From: Octopus sinensis
Lineage: Eukaryota
Direction: 5' to 3'
Assembly: GCF_006345805.1 (NCBI RefSeq)
Contig: NW_021834833.1
Location: 1 to 45,128 of the forward strand
DNA length: 45,128 bases
Shown here: positions 37,087 through 45,128 of the stretch, piece after piece
Position numbering within the stretch: the stretch's first letter is position 1
How the letters are laid out: every line of letters starts with the position of its first letter
The notes under the pieces: model-generated
What the model was told of the DNA's origin: nothing
Seen by the model: the letters and a program-made list of their open reading frames with translations, nothing else
Databases searched by the model: none
Made by a program: the position numbers and the translations under genes

Positions 37087-37744
37087 AAATTGGCAAAAAG
37101 AGCACGTCTTAGACTGCCCTTCTTCAGGGAAAAGTTGAAAGGAGAGAAAATACATACATACATATAAAGTATATATGTATATATGTGTGTGTGTGTGTGT
37201 GTATGTATATATATATATATATCGACATATATAAATACTTACACATACTGTGTAATATGTATATATTCACATGCACAAGTATTACATACACACTTATACA
37301 CACACACACACACTTATATAATATCTATTTACATATTTAAATATTTAAATTATAAACAAAGCCAAAAATATAATAAATTAAAATATCTAGTTGTGAGGAG
37401 TGGTTTACATAAATATATAAATTAATATACCAAATTAAAATTAATTAAAATTATACTTGATGAATGTGGCTAATTAATGTAATTTGTGAGATGCTAATTT
37501 TTTTTTTGCCGTTATTATCATCAGGAAGGAAAATTAAATGAAATATTTTATCAAATACCCTCTTAATTATATATATATTTTTGTTTTTTAATTGATGCCA
37601 CTTAATTTTGAGTGGCTTTGCCAAGGCAAAATTTCTAATTTAAATATATTATTTTTGTTTTGTAAAATAGTTTAAATGAAATATTATTCGGTTAGAATGA
37701 CAAATGACAGTGTAAAAAAAAAACAAGAATAACTTATTATTTTC

Positions 37745-39290
37745 AAGGTGGCCAGCTGGCAGAATTGTTAGCACACCAGGCAAAATGCTTAGTGGCATTT
37801 CGTCTGTCCTTACGTTCTGAGTTCAAATACCACCAAGGTCAACTTTGCCGTTCATCCTTTCTGGGTTGGTAAAATAAAGACCAGTAAGACACTGGGGTTG
37901 ATTTAATAGACTAGTCTCCTCCCCCAACATTTCAGGCCTTGTGCCTTTAGTAGAAAGGATTATTGTTATTAAGGTAGTGAGCTGGCAGAATCATTAGCAC
38001 GCCTGGCCAAATGCTTAGCAGCATTTCAGCCATCTTTAGATTCTGAGTTCAAATTCCACTGAGGTCATCTTTGCCTATTCATCCTTTCGGAGTCAAAAAA
38101 TAAGTACCAACTGAACACTGGGGTTTGGTGTAATTGACTTAGCCCCTCTCACGAACTTACTGGCCATATTGCCAAAATTTGAAAGCCTCATTGTTATTGC
38201 TATTATTATTATTATTATTACTATTACTAAGGTGGTGAGCTGGCAGAATTGTTAGTGTGCTGGACTAAATGCTTCGCAGTATTTTGCCTGTTGGTACGTT
38301 CTGAGTTCAAATTCCGCCAAGGTCGACTTTACCTTTCATCCTTTTGGGGTCGATAAATTAAGTACCAATTAAACACTGCGGCTCACCCCCTCCCCCAAAA
38401 TTGCTGCCCTTGTGGCAAAATTTGAAATCATTATTATTATTATTATTATTATTGCCCTGGTGGCAAAGAAAAAGAAATCGTTATTCTTATCATTTCTCTT
38501 TAGTATTGTTACATAGGACGACCTACCTCTTCTCTAGTGCTAATGGCATGATAAAATGTACCTAGTCCACCTCGGCTGCTTTTTTTCTGTTCCTGTGTGT
38601 GCTAGATGATTCGGATCACATCGAGTGATGAAACTCTGGGAGACTCATTGAATCCCTGCCAGCATGGAAAAAAAAAAAGGAAAAAAAAAGAAAATTATTT
38701 AAATGATGATGAGGATTACTATGATGAAGGAACAATCATGGCTGAATCATTAGAGCATTATACTTAGTACCTTTTGCTATGTAGTTGCTTCTCTTTACAT
38801 TCTGAGTTCAAACCCTGCCTAGGCCAACTTTGCCTTTCATTCTTTAAGGCCAGTAAAATAAAGTACCAATGAAATACTGGGGTTGATGTAATCAACTGTT
38901 GCCCTCTTTCCAAATTTCTGGCTTTGTGCTTGGTTTTGAAACAATTATTATTAATAATATTATTATTACCCCTTTTGGGGTCATTAAAACAGGCACTGGA
39001 GTCAAGGTAATCGACTAGCTCCCCCACCCCTAAAAATTTCAGGCCTTGTGCCTAAAGTAGAAAGGATTATTATTATTATTATCATTAGGGTGAATGCTTA
39101 GGGTTATTTTGCCCATCTTGACATTCTAAGTTTAAATTCCACCGATGTCAACTTTGCCTTTTATCCTTTAAGGGGTCAGTGAAATAAGTACCAGTTGGGC
39201 ACTAGGGTCGATGTAATTGACTTTCCCCCTTCCCTGAAATTTCTGGCCTTGTGCCAAAATTTGAAACCATTATGATTATTATCATTATTA
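37745..39290 (+). mobile_element. Head-to-tail array of about 6 family B SINEs separated by (ATT)n
   Basis: Units start near 37745, 37970, 38228, 38740, 38970 and 39090, all on the + strand. Confidence 0.8.
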
Positions 39291-40054
39291 AAGGGTGGTG
39301 GGTTTTCAGGGTCTGTACAACATTGTATTAAATGGTTTACTTTATTTAAATACTTCTTTTACTGTCAGAATTGAAACTACAACTCTCGCCAACCCCTGGC
39401 AAGGGATTAGAGAGAGCCAGATAAGCTAAATAAAGATTAGCTGTTGGAATAATAATTGTCTATAATCTCTTCTTGCCCGCTCCTTCCCTCATCCTTTGTT
39501 TTTAAAAATCATTGTTATTATTTATGTTTTTTTTTTAAATTTAAATTTAATATTATTTGTTTTTTTGTTTTTTTTTTACATTTTAATAATAGGTTTGGGT
39601 TGGGCAGAGAATAAAGTTTATGGTTATGATGATGGTGGTGATGATGATGATGATGATAAACATGGAAAATGTGATCAATATTATTTAAGAAAAAAAATCC
39701 AAAAAACTAAAAAAAAAATAAAAACAAGAAAATCTCCCCTCCCCCTGGCCCTTTCTCCACCCCACCCTGCCAAAAGTAAATTGTTCTTTTTTTTTCTCCT
39801 TTTCATTGGATGTAATTTAATTGCAACTCCCCCACCCACTCCTTCGTCATTAACTTTTTAAAGATGAATAAAATTTTAAAAATTAAAAAACAAAAAAAAC
39901 AATGCAACTATTCCAAATAGTGTTTGGTTATTTCTTTGGTTAATTCTCATTTCACTTGTGTCTCTACAATTAGCAGCAGGTTTAATTGAGCTGTGGATCA
40001 AATACACTTCAGATATTTAATTAATTGATTCCCATTTCAGTTGTGTCTCTACAG

Positions 40055-40620
40055 CAGTGCTTTTCAAACTTTTTGCTGGAACGGAACCCCAAGGAAACAT
40101 TCAAGTGGCTCGAGGAACCCCTGTGCAATAATTTAATTGTCTTACTCTTTACTCTTTTTTACTCTTTTACTTGTTTCAGCCATTTGACTGCGGCCATGCT
40201 GTAGCACCGCCTTTAATCGAGCAACTCGACCCCGGGACTTATTCTTTTGGTAAGCCCAGTACTTATTCTATTGGTCTCTTTTGCCGAACCGCTAAGTAAC
40301 GGGAACATAAACACACCAGCATCGGTTGTCAAGCAATGCTAGGGGGACAAACACAGACACACATACGACAGGCTTCTTTTAGTTTCCGTCTACCAAATCC
40401 ACTCACAAGGCATTGGTTGGCCCGAGGCTATAGTAGAAGACACTTGCCCAAGGTGCCACGCAGTGGGACTGAACCTGGAACCATGTGGTTGGTAAGCAAG
40501 CTACTTACCACACAGCCACTCCTGCGTCTTATGCACACATATCTGCACAGGAGAATTAAAAATTACTGCCGATTTTAGCAGTTTTGTAACTTCTTGCGGA
40601 ACCCTGGTTGAAAACCACTG
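40055..40620. mobile_element. hAT (Charlie-like) MITE with 8-bp TSD, containing a nested family A SINE (~40142-40525, -)
   Basis: TIRs CAGTGCTTTTCAA and TTGAAAACCACTG. TSD CTCTACAG at 40047-40054 and 40621-40628. Confidence 0.9.
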
Positions 40621-40879
40621 CTCTACAGTTTAAAGCAGATTTGGTTGAGCTGTGGATCAAATTCAAGAGAATTAAGAGCAGCAGTTAGGTCCACCTTAAG
40701 CCTTACAAATGTGTGACCCGTCTCAACACTACTGAAGCCTTGGCCCCCCCCATGCAATCAAAAAGTATTGGGTTGGCAACTAAGTTCTGTCCGTTATTTT
40801 AAATTTTGGAATTTATTGCGTTTTTAAATTTCGGAATCTATTTTTTCCGAGAATTCTATTTTTGAATCAATTTGGGCTG

Positions 40880-41092
40880 TTCGTTCATCCAGCATTGTGG
40901 AGAGGAGGATTTTAATTCCTTTTCGAAGACTTCTACTTTGACCTTATGCAAATTTCTTAATTTTTGTGGCAGAGCTTTGAAAAGCTGTGGGCCTTTGAAC
41001 CCTAGACTATTGCAATACCTAGTCCTGAATTTAGATGGAGTGGACGGTACTTTTGGTACAATGCAATGGCGGCCAGTTCTGGTATTTGTATA
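40880..41092 (-). mobile_element. CR1/Jockey-group LINE C-terminal fragment
   Basis: Minus strand reads GRHCIVPKVPSTPSKFRTRYCNSLGFKGPQLFKALPQKLRNL…VEVFEKEL. Confidence 0.6.
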
Positions 41093-41461
41093 ACAGGCGC
41101 AGGAGTTGCTGTGTGGTAAGTAGCTTGCTTACCAACCACACGGTTCCAGGTTCAGTCCCACTGCGTGGCATCTTGGGCAAGTGTCTTCTGCTATAGCCTC
41201 GGGCCGACCAATGCCTTGTGAGTGGATTTGGTAGACGGAAACTGAAAGAAGCCTGTCGTATATATATATATGTATGTGTGTGTCTGTGTTTGTCCTCCCA
41301 CCATCGCTTGACAACCGATGCTGGTGTGTTTACATCCCTGTCACCTAGCGGTTCGGCTATCAGTACTTATTCTATCAGTCTATTTTGCCGAACCGCTTAG
41401 TGACGGGGACGTAAACACACCAGCATTGGTTGTCAAGCAATGCTAAGGGGACAAACATATC

Positions 41462-41790
41462 TTCTTCTTCTTTCCCCCGTCTGTCTTGATAGACAATGGG
41501 TCGCGCCAAGGGTGGGGCCTACTTTGATGATGAGCAGCGTCTGCTGTGACTGAACAGTCCAATTCTAGAGTGGCAGTCCCTGGTACAGTTGCTGCACACG
41601 AACATCGATGGGTACGTGTGGGGTGTTGCTGCAGTTGTCCTCCTCCTGTCCTGCCTGTCCGACCACAGCTGTGCTCTACTTTCCTCAGCCATGGAAACGC
41701 CTTTCCTCACTGTCCGATGCCAGGCAGAGCGGTCAGCAGCTGTTACCTCCCACGTGTCCACACAGATGTTGGCACTCCTCAAACATATAC
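41462..41790 (-). mobile_element. RTE-type LINE 3' end with C-terminal zinc finger, inserted in a family A SINE
   Basis: DTWEVTAADRSAWHRTVRKG…FVCSNCTRDCHSRIGLFSHSRRC and a (GAA)n-type tail. The two SINE halves flank it. Confidence 0.85.
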
Positions 41791-42004
41791 ACACATGCAT
41801 ATATATATACATATATACGACAGGCTTCTTTCAGTTTCCGTCTACCAAATCCACTCACAAGGCATTGGTTGGCCTGGGACTATAGCAGAAGACACTTGCC
41901 CAAGATGCTACGCAGTGGGACTGAACCCGGAACCATGTGGCTGGTAAGCAAGCTACTTACCACACAGCCACTCCTGCGCCTATATATGTATATAGTAAAT
42001 AAAA

Positions 42005-42300
42005 TAATAATGAAATTATCGTATACAGTGCTCAGGTGCACCACAACTTGTCAGACAGTGCATATAAAGCATATGCAGTAATGTACAAATGTCTGGAAAG
42101 CGAACAATGTACGAGTCAGATACATGCTTGTGTGTGTATGGAGGAGAGGAAATCAGGTGTAGTATTGGCGAATCTCAGAAAGCATGGAAGTTTTGAAGGA
42201 TGCAGTGCTCCGACAACTAACAACTAATGCTGGCAGTTTGTTCCATGCTTCAGCAACTCTCAGCGTGAAAAAATGTTTCTTAAAGTTATGGGAGCTGTGC
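42005..42300 (-). mobile_element. CR1-like LINE 3' end
   Basis: Minus strand reads FKKHFFTLRVAEAWNKLPALVVSCRSTASFKTSML (CR1-type FFxxRVxxxWNxLP motif). Confidence 0.75.
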
Positions 42301-42637
42301 TGTTTATATATTTGTTTATACATTTATATAATTGTTTATATATGTAGAGTTTTCTTTCCTCAGTTGAGCTCCAGAAATTATCTTTGCAATTTCGGCTGGT
42401 TATACTCGAAATTGCTCCAATCTGGCCGGCCCCAAGGAAAAACTAAGCTAAGAGCATTAGATTCCTTGGAAGAAAGCAGCGAATGTATACGAAAACGAGG
42501 ACGGAACAAATGAAGAAATGGTATAGAAATGCAAATAACAGGACATAGTGTCTTTCGACTAAGGATGAATTAAATTAAGCTGGCGTGTGTGGAAGTGAAG
42601 CTTTACAGTAGAGACATATATAGATATATAAATGTAT

Positions 42638-43410
42638 GTTAGATTCAACCTGAGGTTAGCTCATCATTTTCAGTTATTATACTATGAGTCTTCCATAGTA
42701 GCTTTCTGTCCGTCACTCGCAAAGCCTTTCGGGTTTGTTTATAAAAATATTTATATATGTAATTATGTATGCATATGAATTTATATATATCTATTTATGT
42801 ATGTATATGTATTTATATATATATATATATGTATTTATGCTTGGAATACACACGAAACCACTTGGTTAGAAAGCGCGTTTTTTAACTACAAAGTCATTCC
42901 TGCTCGTGTGGACTTCTCTCTTTCAATGTAATATTTTCTTCCTCAACATAATCATCGATTCCTTCGAAAACGTACCTGTATAATATTTTATTTAAAGACT
43001 ACCTATTATAAAAAAAAATTGAGAAAGTTGGTACGGAGCATTAAACAGTAGTTATACACTCCCTTTACATTCTCCCACCCCTCTGTCTTTCGACAAATTT
43101 ATAGTGCAGGGGAGAGAAATCTGTCTGGACTCACATACACCACACATGTTGACGTTATACAAATTAAAAAATTTCGGGAGAACATAAAATAATTTTCGGT
43201 GGGAACAAGGAATTTCGAAGCAGATAGAGTTATAAACAACAGCGCGTACATATTGGGTTTAAAAAAAACCCTTTTCGTTATAAACAGTCGAAAAGGCGTC
43301 TGTGGGACCCCAACCCGAAAGGCTTTGCGAGTTACGGACAGAAAGCTAATATGGAAGACTCATAGTATAATAACTGAAAATGATGAGCTAACCTCAGGCT
43401 GAATCCAACA
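42638..43410. mobile_element. Non-autonomous element with ~95-bp TIRs, copy 1
   Basis: Left gattcaacctgaggttagctcatcattttcag…ctttcgggttt is inverted at the right end …acccgaaaggctttgcgag…ctcaggctgaatc. Flanked by TA-rich DNA. Confidence 0.8.
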
Positions 43411-43521
43411 TATATATATATATATATATATAATATAGACATACCATGTATATTATAGACATATATGTATATATATGCATATATATAGATATCTATAAAT
43501 ACTATGTATGTATGTATATAG

Positions 43522-43556
<35 letters not shown>

Positions 43557-44105
43557 GTTACTATGTATGTATATATATATATGTATGTATATATATATAT
43601 ATATTGTATGTATTGTATATGTATGTATGTATATATATAATATATATATATATAATTGATATGTATTATTTATGTATGTATGTATATATATATATATTGA
43701 TATGTATTTATGTATGTATGTAGATATATATGCATATATATATATATGTATGCACACACACGCACACACATATATATGTATATATATAAAAAAAAGAAAA
43801 CGGAGAAATACATCCAAATCGAATATCAATTTCCAGATAATACCCAATCACATACTTTATTAATCCACCACATAAGAAACTTTAAGGTCAAACATAATAA
43901 TATATGACAAAAGAGTGTACATAAAGGAGTAATGTGATACAATAAGTACAATATGTATAAGAGAATATAAATATAAATAAATATAAATATAAACTACATC
44001 TTACAGTATATTGGATATATGTTATCCCATGGAGGGTTGCATTTACAACCCCTATCTCAATTTGTATATATATATATATATATACATACAAATTATGTAT
44101 TATAT

Positions 44106-45000
44106 ATGTTCGATTCAGCCTGCGGTTAGCTCCTCATTTTCAGTTATTATACGATGAGTCTTCCATAGTAACATTCTGTCCGTAACACGCAAGGCCTTTC
44201 GGGTTTATTTATAAAGATATTATTTATATATGTAATTATGTATATATATATATAGTTATATATATCTATTTATGTATGTATATGTATTTATATATATATA
44301 TGTATTTATACTTGGACTACACACGAAACCACCTGGTTAGAAAGCGCATTTTTTAACTACAAAGTCATTCCTGCTCGTGTGGACTTTTTTCTTTCAGTGT
44401 AATATTTTCTTCCTCAACATAATCATCGATACCTTCGGAAACGTACCTGTATGAGATTTTATTTAAAGAATTGAGAAAGTTGGTACGGGGCATTAAACAG
44501 TAGTTATACACTACCTTTACGTTCCCCCACCCCTCTGTCTTTCGACAAGTTTATAGTGCAAGGGAGAGAAATCTGTCTGGACTCACACACACACACACAC
44601 ACACGCAAAGGTTGTTGACGTTATACAAATTAAAAGATTTCGGGAGAACGTGAAATAATTTTCGGTGGGAACATAAATATATATACACATACATACAAAT
44701 ACACAAACATAAATATATATACATCCATAAATACATATATATATACACACACATATATATATATTTATATATATGAATACATATACATACATAAATAGAT
44801 ATATAATATATATATATATGAATACATATACATACATAAATACATATATATAAATATATATGCATACATAATTACATATGTAAATAATATTTTTATAAAC
44901 AAACCCGAAAAGCTTTGCGAGTTACGGACAGAAGGTTACTATGGAAGACTCATAGTATAATAACTGAAATTATGAGCTAACCTCAGGCTGAATCGAACAT
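44106..45000. mobile_element. Non-autonomous long-TIR element, copy 2
   Basis: Termini atgttcgattcagcc and ggctgaatcgaacat. Internal sequence is colinear with copy 1 up to ~44675. Confidence 0.8.
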
Positions 45001-45001
45001 C

Positions 45002-45034
<33 letters not shown>

Positions 45035-45128
45035 CATACATATATATATATGCATATATATATACATACATAAATACATATATATATATTATATATATGA
45101 ATACATATACATACATAAATACATATAT

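Noticed and set aside
42375-42410. Hairpin GCAATTTCG…CGAAATTGC
   Set aside because: The 9-bp stem appears to lie within a dispersed repeat tail, and nothing suggests independent function.
43360-43410. Hammerhead in the TIR of the long-TIR element (ATGATGAG…GAAT)
   Set aside because: The core deviates (no CUGANGA or GAAA) and no stem I or III forms.

Overview
AT-rich, repeat-dense eukaryotic DNA. The SINE, LINE and microsatellite landscape resembles coleoid cephalopod genomes, most likely Octopus (from recall of those families, not a search). One host gene can be fully reconstructed on the + strand: a trihelix-type Myb/SANT-like (Myb_DNA-bind_4-like) transcription factor with a C-terminal coiled coil. 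Its exons are 27188-27417, 30606-30769, 32148-32294 and 34499-34833 (291 aa), with a poly(A) signal at 35118. A second, 64%-identical DNA-binding-domain exon lies 18 kb upstream (8832-9058). It has the same phase-2 donor and no downstream exons of its own that I could find, which suggests alternative DNA-binding exons spliced to a shared dimerisation module. Inside that long intron is a perfect 340-bp palindrome (24197-24536) carrying two inverted minimal type I hammerhead ribozyme motifs, typical of Penelope-like elements. The rest is decayed RTE and CR1-like LINEs, several tRNA-derived SINE families, mariner, maT-like, pogo, hAT and piggyBac-like relics, minisatellites and microsatellites. 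No rRNA, true tRNA gene or CRISPR array was seen. Repeat boundaries are approximate unless TSDs or TIRs are given.
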